Shown piece by piece: positions 25,886 to 38,229 of a stretch of DNA of 64,000 bases. Within the stretch, counting starts at the first letter, position 1; the number at the start of each line of letters is the position of its first letter. The notes under the pieces are model-generated. The model saw only the letters and a program-made list of their open reading frames with translations, searched no databases and had not been told where the DNA came from. The stretch lies in NCBI GenBank assembly GCA_036172245.1, contig JAYWIR010000005.1, positions 5,270,001-5,334,000 on the forward strand, given 5' to 3'. The translations under genes were made by a program, and so were the position numbers. Source of the stretch: Raillietiella orientalis (Eukaryota).

Positions 25886-26499
25886 CTCCAAGAAACACTC
25901 TGAGGACCACAAAACGAACTCCAGTGTCTTATATTCAAAATTTAGAACGGCCAATTTCTGGATATCAATTTTTCCTCCCCCCTCTTCCCCCATTCTGTGA
26001 ATCCCTTCCGATTTCTCCGGTCCGACTCGGTGACGTTCGTCACCTTCCGTCAGCGCTGGAGATGGAAAATGAACAAAAAGGACAGAAAAATGGACCCTTT
26101 CCGTGAAGCAACGAGAGTATTCATAAAACATGGAACGAACCGGCCACGGATGAAGGGAACATCCAGAATTCGATGAAACCTTGGCAACGGCTTGCTAAGG
26201 TCTGATCCTGATGAAACGTCTGTTGAATCCAATTTCAGATTGCATCCCGGAAAAGAAAGTTCACCTTCTTCGTGGTTGCAAAAACATGAGTTTCGTTTTT
26301 GGCACTGCTGGTTCCATTTTCTCGAAGGAGCCTTGGGCGTTTATGCAAGCAAATCCTCGAAAGCACCCATATCTTGGTCCAGTTCTCGCATAAAAGTCGT
26401 CGACCGAGCTGCATCTGCGGCACCATCCGTCTCGGCAAGCGCTGAAGGGGGAGAGAATTCTTCACTTCTCAAACAGGAGGCTTCGATCCGATCAGCAGC

Positions 26500-27960
26500 C
26501 GCCACTTGGTCAATCCTTCCGGACGCAGTTCTGGGGCACAAACGAGCTGTTTCCCACGAACCAACCCTTGGGCATCTTGAGCTCTTGACGGCTGTTACGA
26601 GGTGTCACGAGGCATCCCTTGGCGCACCCCCTCCAGGTATGGTTTAGGAAGCTCGGCAATCACCCCACTGGTTGCCCAGCTTGTGCGCTGCGAAAAGCCT
26701 TCTAGGGGCACTCAGAGGTCCTGTCACGTCTCGAAGGACTTGCGTGCTCCGCGTCGGGACGGCGGACTCGGCGTTCTCGACCCTGGAAAGGATGGAGCGT
26801 CGACTCCAGTTCCGAAGAAGAGCTCTGGTGGCGAAGAAGTTTTGGAGCACGCCGGCTCGGATGGACTGACCTCGCTCTTCCTTTACAGCTGCCGAAGACT
26901 GCCGCGATACGGTTGCCACCTTCGGAGGATGGTCGCCTTGGCTCAGGACCACGCTCAGATCCCCTGCTCGCTGGCTAGATACAGTGACTGGAAACAGGAA
27001 GCAGTCGAGACGTGAGAGAAGATCAGAGACACGAGCCTGGAAGAAAAATGCAACGTCCGCGATCTTCCAGCTGTGCTCGCTGCTCGCTACGGGAGATGAT
27101 GGGCTGCACCGGGCAGACTCTGTGGGTCCAGAAAATCCCCACTTTCTGTGACGCTATCGCTCCTGCGGAATAGCCAGAGCACTCATCGGACCGCAATACG
27201 GGAAATAAACTGCGAGATCGTAGGGGAAAAAAAAAGAAGCTAGTGGGAAGCTGGACGGCGCGTTCAGCTGGCTGCCATCCCCGCCGTTCTCCCCAGAGGA
27301 CTTCTCCGCTGGTCGAATCTCCTTGGAATCTCCTTGTGGGAAGCGGAGATCCCCGCGATGCTCTTGGACAGCTCCACATGAAGTGGCAGGACTCGGCGTT
27401 GCTACGGCTGCATTGGACTCATCCAGGCAACGCACGCCTCCACCACTAGAACAAGGGAAGTGCGGCCGCAGAGTGTCACAGGTGCAGCGGAAGGGAAGAC
27501 CCTTTTGCCTCACCTGCTTGTAGAGTGTGTTGCCTTCCGGTATGGGTGGGGAAGTTCGACCACGTCCCTAAAATTCCTAGAAGAGGACCCAGACGTCTCT
27601 TCGAGCCTGGAGGGGCGCCGTCTGCTGAGACGATCGCAGTTTTGTGCTGCGAACCGTCCAGAAGTCCCGACAGAAGAGGCCGGGATAACAGAGAAGCCGT
27701 CATCTCCTTCATCTCCTCGCTCCTAAGAATTGTAGTGAGATGGCTGCACCTAAGGCAACAGCTAGGAGGAACTAGCCGGCGTCTTTGAGAGGATGCAGAG
27801 GTCACCAGGCAGCAATCTGGAAGAGATTCCAGATGGAGCGTGGATGGAGCAGGATCCTTTCTCTTACCACCACTGCCTCCAAACATTTTAGTACTTTTTT
27901 GTTTCACATTTATTTCTTTATTTTTCATTTTCCTTCTCCCTGATTTCCCTGCGCCGATCT
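26500..27960 (+). mobile_element. degenerate L1/Tx1-like LINE 3' portion (copy 2)
   Basis: LRAPRRDGGLGVLDP (~26740-26785, post-RT GGLG motif), KWQDSALLRLHW...NARLHH*..ECHRCSGRE/LLPHLLVECVAF (~27380-27540) and a T-rich 3' UTR. The 5' boundary is uncertain. Confidence 0.75.
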
Positions 27961-29199
27961 CTTCCAGCGATTGCTTCCGAGAAGAGAACTCCTCCGCAAC
28001 ATGCGGAAGTAGCGGTATCATACTGTCACCACGTACTTTTTTGAATGACTTGTTGTTAAAAATTTCTATTTTTTTTTTTTTTTACAATAGACGTCTGGCG
28101 TGACAGGGTGAAAATACACGCAACCTTGGAATTTTCAAACTCCATAAAGCGCTGTTGCACTTGCAGAAGACGTTGCTTCAAGCTGCGCGCGCTTTCCCGT
28201 TCCCAGCCTGAGCAGCGAGATTTTTGAACCCTCGTGCTTTTTGCGGGAAAAAAAAAAAAATCCGCCACTCTCGTAGTCGGGATAGATTGGCGGCAAATCA
28301 AGAGCGCAGCCTTCCCGTTACTTCTACGAGGGAAAACTTCTCTGGTGCAGGAGCAGAGTCGAGCTGCCGGTGCTCTTCGCACAAATTCCTTTTCTTCCCT
28401 TTGCTGATGTCTGGCGTTCTAGCAGGTGTTTATTTATGTGGATGCGGAGCATTTGAACCTCCGAAGCGCGCGGTTCCCCACTCCTATTTTAGAGCGCCTG
28501 ATAAGGAAATGATGGAGGTGCAGCAGTAAACACGTGGATCTTGGCTTGGAATTCTCCTGCCATCTTTCATCTCCTGAGGAGACCGCGACTTCCCCGCTCT
28601 AGGGTGTTTTTTTGGATAGGATGCTCGACTCGTTCTCAAGGTGAGCTTGGCGGACCGGCTGTTCAACTCTCCGCAAGAGCTGACTAAGCCAAACTGAGAA
28701 ACCCCGCCGCTTGCAGTGGAGCGGTAATGATGGAACGCGCATGCGCGGGCGTGCAGATGCGCTTGGAAGCTTCGAAAGGAACGCCACAGCAATCAGTTCC
28801 CAAGCACATGGACAGAGGACTCACAGAGATGCGTGTATCGTCGTCACCCTTTGAGTGGTCTCTTGTCTACGAGTGCTTCCCGTTGCTTGGTAATCTTGGA
28901 AGTTCTCTGGGGGCCTCTACGTCTTCTTGGGCAGAGGTTCCTTTCGAAATCAAAGCGTCCGTCCCAGGCTTTTGCAGGAAATACCATGGAAGATTCCTTC
29001 GACACTTTTGCTCAGGATCCCGAAGAACCAGGGAAGCGAAGTGTATCGTAGGGCTCCTGTCTCTCGGCTGCATGCACGCGCGCGCGCACACACGCACACG
29101 GATGCGCGTGCATTTCCTCACGAGCTTCACGTCTTGCAGAGGACGTCAGAATGCATACGTTTCGGTTGATAAACTCTAAGGCACCAGCGATTTTCCACT

Positions 29200-30490
29200 C
29201 TTCTCACTGCTCCCCGATTGTGAAAATTGATCTGTCCCTTCCCTCGGGGTAAGGGGGGAAGGAGGGTCCAACCCTCCATCGATCCATCATCTCCCATGGA
29301 GCTGGTTGATATCCCCCACGAGGGGCTAACTCTATCGGAGTGTTAAGAAGCGCGCTGCACCGTTCGGAGAGATCGCCCTTCACAGGAAATTGGGAAGCAT
29401 CCCTTTGGAATTCTCTTCAGAGGAGGAACGAAGGACTGGTTCCCTTGCGGGTGCCCTCTGGAGAGAATATGGAAGAGGTTCCTTCCGAGGTACCCTTAGG
29501 AGACAACCAGCTCGGTATTCGTATCGAAGACCTGGAGTGGCCTCCAGTGCTCAAAACAGCAGCTCCCGCTTCCACTGAAGTGTTGGCACTTGCACCACTG
29601 TTGCAACGGGGGTCTTCCCTGCAGCGCACGCCGGCAGCACCACTGGACGCTGGGGAGGGTGAGCCCGGACTGCCGCAGGTGCGGAGAACGGGAATCTCTC
29701 CCGCACCTGCTCCTGAACCGTGTTGCTTTCCAAACCCCGTGGGAACGTATCGGAACGACCTTTCGGATCCCGGTTGGCACTCTTAGGGACGTTTCAAGGC
29801 TCCTCTTCACGCGGGACTCCCTGCAGCCAACCGCAGCCCCAGCAGCTCTTCGTTGCATCCGCGGGATCGTGACCACCTGGAGCGAAGCCGAGAGAGGGAG
29901 AGACGGGAGGGATGCCGTCCGGTTCGCAGTTCGCTTCCTGAGGCCAGCGGCCAGATGACCCCTGCCTGGGACCTATTCCGACGGACCGAGCCGGCACCCT
30001 GGAAAGGATGCAGATTCCCTCCAGCGGACAGTGGTCCCTTGTCGACCCTCCCAAAGATGTTTATTTATTGTTATTTACTCTTTTTGTTTTCTCCCATCGC
30101 CATCCGCTGCCGAGGGGAGCCCCGCCGCTCTGCACACTGGCTACCCGGCAGGTCCGTGGACCACAGTGGCGTGTGGTAGGATCACGTGCCCTGCCACAAT
30201 ATAGGAGTTTCTTTAAAATTTCAAGAAACGCGCCCACGTGTCCGTGTGGAAATCGGGGACAACCAGGACGATGGTTCCCTTCGGGGTTTCCCCCCAAGGG
30301 TAAGAAGAAAGTACTCCTTTCTCCAGAGTCTTCCTGGATTCATAAGGTAGTCCCTCCCGGGTTACCCCCTATAATTTGAAGTCACACGCACACCCTCGGG
30401 TTGAGTGGAATAGCTTTAAAGAGATTCGTGAAACTGTACGAACTGAACGGTTCCTGAGTCCTCAGCGAACCGAAGAAAAAAAGGAAAACC
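29200..30490 (+). mobile_element. SINE-like family copy C, split into 29200-29510 and 30255-30490 by a LINE insertion
   Basis: Both halves align colinearly with copies A and B. gacaaccag is present once in copy A but twice here (29502-29510 and 30258-30266). Confidence 0.8.
29511..30254 (+). mobile_element. 5'-truncated L1/Tx1-like LINE 3' fragment (copy 3) with target-site duplication
   Basis: ORF 29590-29958 contains LPCSARRQHHWTLGRVSPDCRRCGERESLPHLLL. The fragment is flanked by ggagacaaccag and ggggacaaccag, and its 3' UTR is shared with copy 1. Confidence 0.8.
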
Positions 30491-31058
30491 CACTCTTCCA
30501 GAATGGAAATGCCAACTACTGCTACTCCGCAACATTTGCCTCCCTCTCTCGATCCTTCTTTGCTCTCCACTGCAGGGGAAGGAGGTTGACCGTCAAAGCC
30601 AGAGCCAGAGCTGAGCAACGCGTGCGTCGAAGCCAAGGAGCCACAATCTGCTGCGCCCGAGCACGTGTCACGGACAACGCGTCGTGGAGCTGAGAATGTC
30701 TGCGCCAGAGATCGCAAAACGCCTGAACCCGACGAAAGATGGAACCCACTCGGAGGGGTTTGGTGGCAGGTCGACGCTCACGTCTCCATCGTAAGGAAGC
30801 AATAAAACCTCTTCCTTGGACCGTTTTCTTCTCTCGGAGCACCTCCTCCTACCTGAAGGGTGAAGCTGGCGCTGGCGACTGCTTCCCTCTTCCAAGGTGA
30901 AGTAGGCAAGCAAAGTCGCTTTTCCGGAGCATCTCGAGGAGGAGCGGTACGCAGCAGACGGAACACGAGATGGGCGGAGTCGGAGAGAATCCCGGAAAGA
31001 AGAAAGTAGGCAAAGGCACTTTTATTGAACAAGATGGCAGTTTCGGCTTCATCAGTGC

Positions 31059-33583
31059 CTAAGATTCCTCTTCCTCTTTTTGGTGCATGGTTGCGTTGAT
31101 CCAGTCGAGATAGTGGGACACATCCGTGTAGACTCCGTACTTGTAAGGCTCGGCGCATCCTTCTCCCCAAGATACAATACCCAACAGGATGTAGGTCTGC
31201 GTCGTTGTGGAGTTGGTCATCAAGGGACCGCCGCTATCCCTCTGCAAACAGCAGCATCTTCCGGTTAGGTGGCACGGCTCCCCCCCTCCCTCCCTCCCAC
31301 GAGGAACCTGGCAAGCGTCTTTGCCTCCTTCGTCGTATCCTGCGCACAAGTTGAAACTGAAGATGCGGCTGTTGCCGTAGCTATTGTAGCAGCGTTGCTC
31401 GCTTACTATGGGCACAATGACTTGCTGAAGCACGTCGCTGATCGGTCCATCGGACTTGGTTCGGCCCCAGCCGGTCACAACAGCAGTCAGATTTTCTGGA
31501 GATGAGACGAGGCTGAAAAGCTGGTACATACGAGCGCGCGCGCGCGCGCATACATGCACGTACGCAAAACATGAATTCACCTTCAGGTTTATAGTCTGCC
31601 GGAGGCAGACAGATGACGTTGACGTAGTTACCGAGCTTCACAGGAGTTTGCAATTTGAGCAAAGCGATGTCATTCTTGGTCGGGCTAAGAAAGGGATTTA
31701 GGCAGATTACGTTTGCAAGGAGACAGTGGTCTGCTGCGTAACGAAGAAACAGGCGCTGGGCAAAGGTACAAGTCACAGCACACTGCAGCAGCAGTCAGTA
31801 GACAGCTGTTACATTACTGCCAACCTCCCTTGCCCCAGTGCTGTCCTTCCTAAGGGACGCAAAAGACAGCGCCATCCAAGCGAGGTGGGAAGTAACGTGC
31901 TGCATAGCAGCAAAGACAAAACTTCTGGGGGCGTGAACAAATCGGGAAGCGTATACCCCGCCTCGCACACGCCGTGGATCTTTCCTCAGGAGAAGACCGA
32001 TCCTGGAGACAGGCAGCGCAGTTGCGAGGAGGCAGCGATCAGACTTTGTACTGATTGCGGATCTGGCGGAAGTGGAGGGGGGGGGGGAAGCGGATAAACT
32101 AAAAAAGAAACGACAAGGAAGGAACGAAAGAGATTCGCTCCCTTTAAAACTCGGGAGTCCTCAACGTGCACCTCTGTTGCTGGTCGCACCCGTAAGCGCA
32201 CATAGCTCCAAAGCTGTGAAAGAACCTCCAGCTTGAGGCAACCTCCTTACAGTTGCATAGGTCATGTCTTTGGTGGGACTCTGACCGAACGCTCATCTAC
32301 TGTACCCTCCGCTTGGAATTCCCTCCATCTGCAGCATGCTCTCCACGGGTGTCGTTGCATCCAGCGACATCAGGTCAGACCGACTGGTCTTCAATGCCAC
32401 TGCAGCATCCGCGACAGAATTAGCAGCTGAGTGTTCCTTTCATCAGTACGGGTGAAGAAAGGAGACACTTGGATCGCCTGCGTAACGTTTTGGGCACCCA
32501 CGGAAAAGCGCGCGCGTGCGGAGCGAAGCGTCCCGCCGTCCTGCTGGATAGTGCACACAGGACGTTGCTGGGAAACAGCAGGCGCCTCAGCGAGCTCAGC
32601 AACGGCGCTTTCGAGCAAGCAAGTCGGGTTGGCCTATTCGATTCCGGGCGCGCAGGCGCACTCGTTCCTGCCATCCTCCTCTCCTTCGCTCTCTCCCATC
32701 TCCCCCCCCCTTTCCCTTTCTTTCCACTTCTTCCTGCGGAATGCAAGCGGAGAAGGGGGGTAGGGGGCGAGGGGAGGAGGAGCTTTTGGAGCTCTTCCTC
32801 CGTAGCGTCCTGGAAGGAGCGTGGAGCGGCTCTCCTCCGGCTCCCTCTTCCCCCACCCCCATCCCTTCTTCGGTGGAAACCCACGGGGACTTACTATTCT
32901 TCGTATTGAGGGTGGACGTAGTAGTCCTCGATGATGCTTTCCTGCTCGGTGCCATCTTCCAAGCGGATGCTGTGCTCTCCAAGGACGGCCTGCAGCGGGA
33001 CGAAGGGGCGGGGAGAGAGGTGAAGGGGAGAAGGGGGAACGGTAGACGGCAAAAAGGGGCTAGAGCCCACCTTACGGAAGATCGTCCCTTGGAGATCCTG
33101 TACGTGCAGTGGGCGGCGGTCACTATCCAGGACTCGTCGATCAGGCTGCCACCGCAGAAGTGGTACTTGTGCCCGAGCTTGGTTCTCATGGACGCCATCC
33201 AGGGATACTCTCCTGGAAGAAGGACTCCTTCAACGAGCAGCAGGGAGCTTCATTGGTTTGGAGGGAAGAATGGGGAAGGGAGGAAGGGGGAGGGAGGACT
33301 CGTTCAACGAGCCGCGGGGCGCTTCATTGGTTCGAAAGGAGGAATGGGAGAGGAAGGTGGGGAGGGAGTGATGAGGGCACTCGCCGGCTCGGTTAGGCCC
33401 ACCTTTGTAGGTGCCGTGGCCCCCGACGATCCTGTCAGTGTATCCGCCGTCTTTCCCTGTCCGCCACCCGCATTCCAACTTTTCGGAGAGGGCGCCACTC
33501 CCTAGGGAAGGAGCGTATGGCCGCATCTTCGCAAGCCTACCGTTACCTGACAGCATCAGAAGGCTCAGCAGTCCCCACAGCAT
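31059..33583 (-). CDS. secreted trypsin-like serine protease (S1A), 280 aa
   Basis: Exons 33583-33547, 33501-33403, 33212-33076, 32989-32895, 31684-31581, 31495-31308, 31241-31059 total 843 nt, all GT-AG. Signal-like [12 protein letters not shown], activation site [60 protein letters not shown]. Confidence 0.93.
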
Positions 33584-36500
33584 CTCGACGCGGGTCACCT
33601 CTGGAGGAGCAGCGGCACAGGAACGCGGGAGGTCCCTATCGGCAGGGATTATCTCTGGAAGCGGGAAGCAAAGCCGTCAGCTGGAGGCGACGCAAGCGCT
33701 CCCCACCCTGCCCACGCATCGGCAACCGGTGGATGCCCACATGGCGACCGGATGGCAGACCCCGACGAGCCGCCCCAACGGGGGGAGAGGGGGGACGCCG
33801 CGGCGCTCTGACCCAGAGGCTCAGTGCCGATCGAGGGCGGCGTGGCGCAGGCGGGAAGGGCACGAGTCAAGCCTCTGACCCTGCCGGGAGGCGGGAGAGG
33901 AAGGCGGCACGGTGGGAAGGATATCGGGAGGGGAGGAAGCCGTGCGTCTGGGTGCAGCGGGCCGTGCCAGAACACCGGGGATGGATGCTGAGTCCTGTTG
34001 CCAGGGGCGACACGGCAAACCACCATATCGAGGGGAAGGGAGGGGGAGGGGGACAACACCACAGCAACCGTCCCCGTCGGAGCGTCAATGTCCTTCTCCA
34101 TGGCAACCGTCCGGCGTGGCGGCGCAACCGCCCACGCCGAGGTATTGCCGTCTCGAGCCACTCGTTCGGGAGCACCGTGGAGACCACTCGGGGCCATGCG
34201 GCGACCCGGCGCGTGCGTTGGGAAAGAGGAAGATCGAATTGAACGGGCGGGGAGGAGGCACACCGAGGTTCCTCCGCGACGCAGTCTCTGCGCAGCCCCC
34301 CTGAGACGGCGTGCCGGGTGCAGCAGCAGCGACTCTCCTCATTCTGCGCCTCCCGCCGTGAGCTCCCTCCGGGTAAAGGGAGGAGAAGAAAGGCGGAGGA
34401 TGGGAGACGCGCGCGCGCGAGACAGGGCGACCGCGTTGCCCGGTCCGTGGTCTCCATCCAACCGAGAGGCTGCGCTCGGCGGATCCTCCTTAAATCGGGG
34501 ACGCGCGCGCACGCTTATCTGCGGTCGAAATTAGGGATTTAATGAGCAGGGAGCGGTTCGGGAGGAGGGGTGTTCCCGGACGATCCGGGAAAGGAAAAAC
34601 GCGGCTCCGCCTCCCGTAGTGAAGGGTAGTCGCTATGAGTGGAGCGCGCCATCCGCACCCCCGGGGGAGGACCACGTGGGGGAGAAGGGTCTTGCCCCGG
34701 TCCCTGCTCCCGTCGCCCGAAGCTTTCCGGATTCGTGGGAAGGGAGGAAGGAAAGGGGGCAGTGGGCCGCTCGAGGGCGACCCCATTCTCTCCCCTCCCG
34801 TGGTCCGGACGCGGCTGCGATACTTCCCGCCCGTCCCGTAGCGCCACTTCCGAGGATGCCTGGCGCGCCTGCGGTCTCGTGCAGCGCCAGCTGGGGTTGC
34901 GACATGACCGACGGTGTCCGCCGGCTCCGTGAGCGAAGGGCGCGGGCCCACGTGGCCTGGCTTCCTCCCTCTCCCCTCCTTCTCCCTTGCAACACCGTCG
35001 CCCTCAGATAAACGCGGAGGAGGCGGGTGCGGGCGTCCTCGGGAGATAACGGCTCGAGGCCAGGAGGCAGGGAAAGGCAGGTTGGCAGGTTGGCGAAGGA
35101 GAGGGGAAGGGAGCAGGAAGAAGTCGGGATGCGTTCCTCTCCCTCCCCACAAGCGGAGGATCGGCAGCTGCGGCGGAAGCTGAACCGTTGCTGCTGCATA
35201 GGCGCCGCACATACTGCCCTCCCGCCCTCCCGAGGGAGGGAAGAGAAGCAGGACGAAAGGCGAGTCCCAGGAGGCCTCCGGGAAACAGGAGGAGGTCGGC
35301 GGAGTCCCATTCTGCGGAACCATTCCCAGTTTTGTTACTGTAACTGGTACCACTAGAGATCATTAGTAATAGGACCATAGCCCGTGCAGCTTCACTGCTG
35401 CTTGTAGCGTTGCTGGGATATGCCCGTCCGGTCATGATCGTCTGCAGGAGACTGTGCTGGACAACTGTTAGCCTTGGCGACGGTAGCGTCGAGGGGAGGC
35501 CAGTGGTCCCGGGGGAAGCCGGAGATTCCTCTCAGCCGGAGGGGAGTCCGAGAAGGGAGGGAGGAGCGCCGCTCCAGGGCGCGGGATTCCCCGTATTGGT
35601 AAGATCGTCCCGAAGCGGGGAAGGCAGGAGGCTCGTTGTCTGAGAGTACCTCCGGCTGTCCGAGGTGCGCCAAAGAGTCTCATCTGTGCTAGCTGCCCAC
35701 TCCGCTCCTTCCTTCCCCCCCCCTCCTTCCACTTTTCCCCGTCTCGTTCCTCCTCGTCCTCCCACGGAGAGTGGTGACCCGGAGGGCAACCCGAGGGCTG
35801 GCTGCCGCCATATGGGGTGTGCAGCTCGCGCTCGTCCGCCGCGGTGCCAGGGGCTGGTGGCGTCTTGCGCCCGGGTCATCTCTCCTGGACGTCTCCCCCC
35901 GCCAGGGGCAGTGAAGGGGAGCGAGGCATGGCATTTCACGAGGTGCTTCCCCTCCCGCGCTCTGCCGCGCTCTCCTGCTGCCGCGGTTACGGCTCTCCCA
36001 CGGGTTCCGAGTGAGCTGCGCGTGATCCCCGATCGGCCGTATGCACCGAGGTGGCCCCTACCAACATCCTCGAGGGGGCGATCGTCGGCCCTCTTTGAAA
36101 CAAGGGCCGGTCTCCTGCGCTCCTACCGCTCCCTTGGCGACGCCTGGGCGGGAGGGACGGGAATGCGGAGTCAGGGGGGTGAGGTGAGTGGAGGAAGGGC
36201 GAGATAACCTGAGGGGGCAGCGCTCCTCTTCCCTGGAGACCCCGGACCGTAATCTGTGCTGAAGAAGCGCCTCCTCTGCTCGCCAGAAATCTGATCCGCC
36301 CCTCCCGCTTCCTGTCTCTCGGTCCCCAGCAAGGTCGAACCCTCGGAGCTCGGACTTATCGGCAGGAGCGCCGTTGCTCAAGAAAAGCGCGCTCCTTCCC
36401 GGAGCCTCTGTCACGGGGTCGTTTCGCTGGCGTCAGCGCCGGTGGCCTGGAAGCAGTCAGACGTCTCCCCGGCCGTGAGTCGCCTTGCGGCGAGATCGAC

Positions 36501-38229
36501 CTGCCGCGTGCCCGGGAATCCCCCTCCCTTTTCCCTGCCTCCTCCGATTGTGGACCCTTGCCTGGCGAGGCGTCGTCGTCCCAGGGCGCACCGGCCGACA
36601 GACTGGGCGCGCCCCCCGAAGGCGATTCCGCTTGAAGCAGCGACCGGACCATGCGACCCACCTTCTCCTCCTCTCCCACGGCTTGATATGGAACCCAGCG
36701 GAGAGGCAAGGATCCGACGACCCGGATGTGGGATGTGTGCGGCGGGCAGGGATCCTCCCCATCCTCCTCCTCCCGTTTGTCCCGAGGTGCACTCCAGTGA
36801 CCTAGAAGAATGAATCTAGCTGGGCAGTGGACTCCCGTGGAGGAAGAAGAACAACCCCGGAGGCAAACAGGAGAGGTAACCAACCCCCCTTCACCCTCCA
36901 TTCCCCAGGAAGGGCTGGGAGCTTCCGTCGGTGGAGGAGTGCCGTGAGAGACCCAGAGCAGGCTCGCGACCCCGCGCGCACTTCCTTCCGACGGACCGAG
37001 AGCAACTGGACGATCTTAGGGGAGAGAAAGGGAGAGGCTTATTGACTGCACCTCCCTTCCGGGGTTCCTCTCACCAGGGTGGGAATCCGTGCCACCGCTT
37101 CTCGCTCCAGGTCTCGCCCGCATGCACCTGCGCAGCATCCGCCGATTGGAGGCGAAATCACAGAGTGATTCCATGCTTTTCCCTCCTTCTCTGAAGCTGA
37201 GCCATGCTCTACCTTCCCGGTCATAGGGACACAGGTCCTCGGGTACTTCCCTCTCCTGCGTGCTTTTGGCTTCCCGCGCTCCAAATGACCGCCTCGTGAG
37301 GTGATCCTCGTGCTTCATGGAGGAAAGGATCGAGGTCACGGCTACCCCTGTGGGGATAACGACCAACATCTCCACAGCCGTTTCTTAGCCAAGTGCCCCT
37401 TCCTTCCTGAGGCCCACCACCCCAACTTCCTTACAGAGGAGATGCAGTTGGGCGTCCCTTAGAGGCGAGGAAGACAGACTCCTTCCGGGTCTGCGAGCGA
37501 ACATCAGTCGCTTCATACCGCCGGGAGGCTCCGTTCCCAGTATAATGCCATGACGACAGGAGGGTGCCAGCGGAGGGATGCCAGCTCGCCCGGGGAAGAT
37601 CAACACGGGAGAGAACCTTCCCACGGTCAGACCTCTGGGCCGTAGAGGCGGACCTCGGAGCGCCCTCGGAACTTCATCTGTGTCTCGGACGCCGGCTTTC
37701 TCCCGCGGGGAAACGGCAGAGGGTCTCCCGCATGCCGAACCCTGACAGCCGCAGGCTTGATCCGCGCGCCTTTCACGGGGCTATTGGTCCCAAGGGAGCT
37801 GTGGGACCTCTAGTAAGACACTGAGAGTGAATGGGAAAGCACCCCATGGCTTTCTAGTTTCAGTCCACTTGCGCTCCGTCTCATCCACTCGGGGCACCAA
37901 CGCAGGAGGGGCATGCGAGCGGAGGAAGGACTCCGCCATCCCTTTCCATTCTGGACTCGGAAAGGGGGAAGAGTCCCTTCATTTTCTCCCGACCCCGGCC
38001 GCTCCCTCCCTCGGAGTCTTTTTAACCCCTTCGTGAATCGGAGTGATCTCTGGTCTCTGTCCACTTGCGCAGTAGATCACCGCAACAGCGTGGATGCGGC
38101 TGCTCCGCGGACAACGCGGGAAAACATGCATTTTCAGTCCTTCAGGGCGACCACCTCTTGTGTGGGTGCTCCATAGGAACAAACGAATTTTCGGTAACCG
38201 AAGGCACCCATGCCGCTCTCTTTATTCTC

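Noticed and set aside
15300..33000. Bacterial contamination or horizontal transfer as the cause of high GC
   Set aside because: The GC-rich part has spliceosomal introns and arthropod-type genes, the change is gradual, and the same repeat family occurs on both sides.
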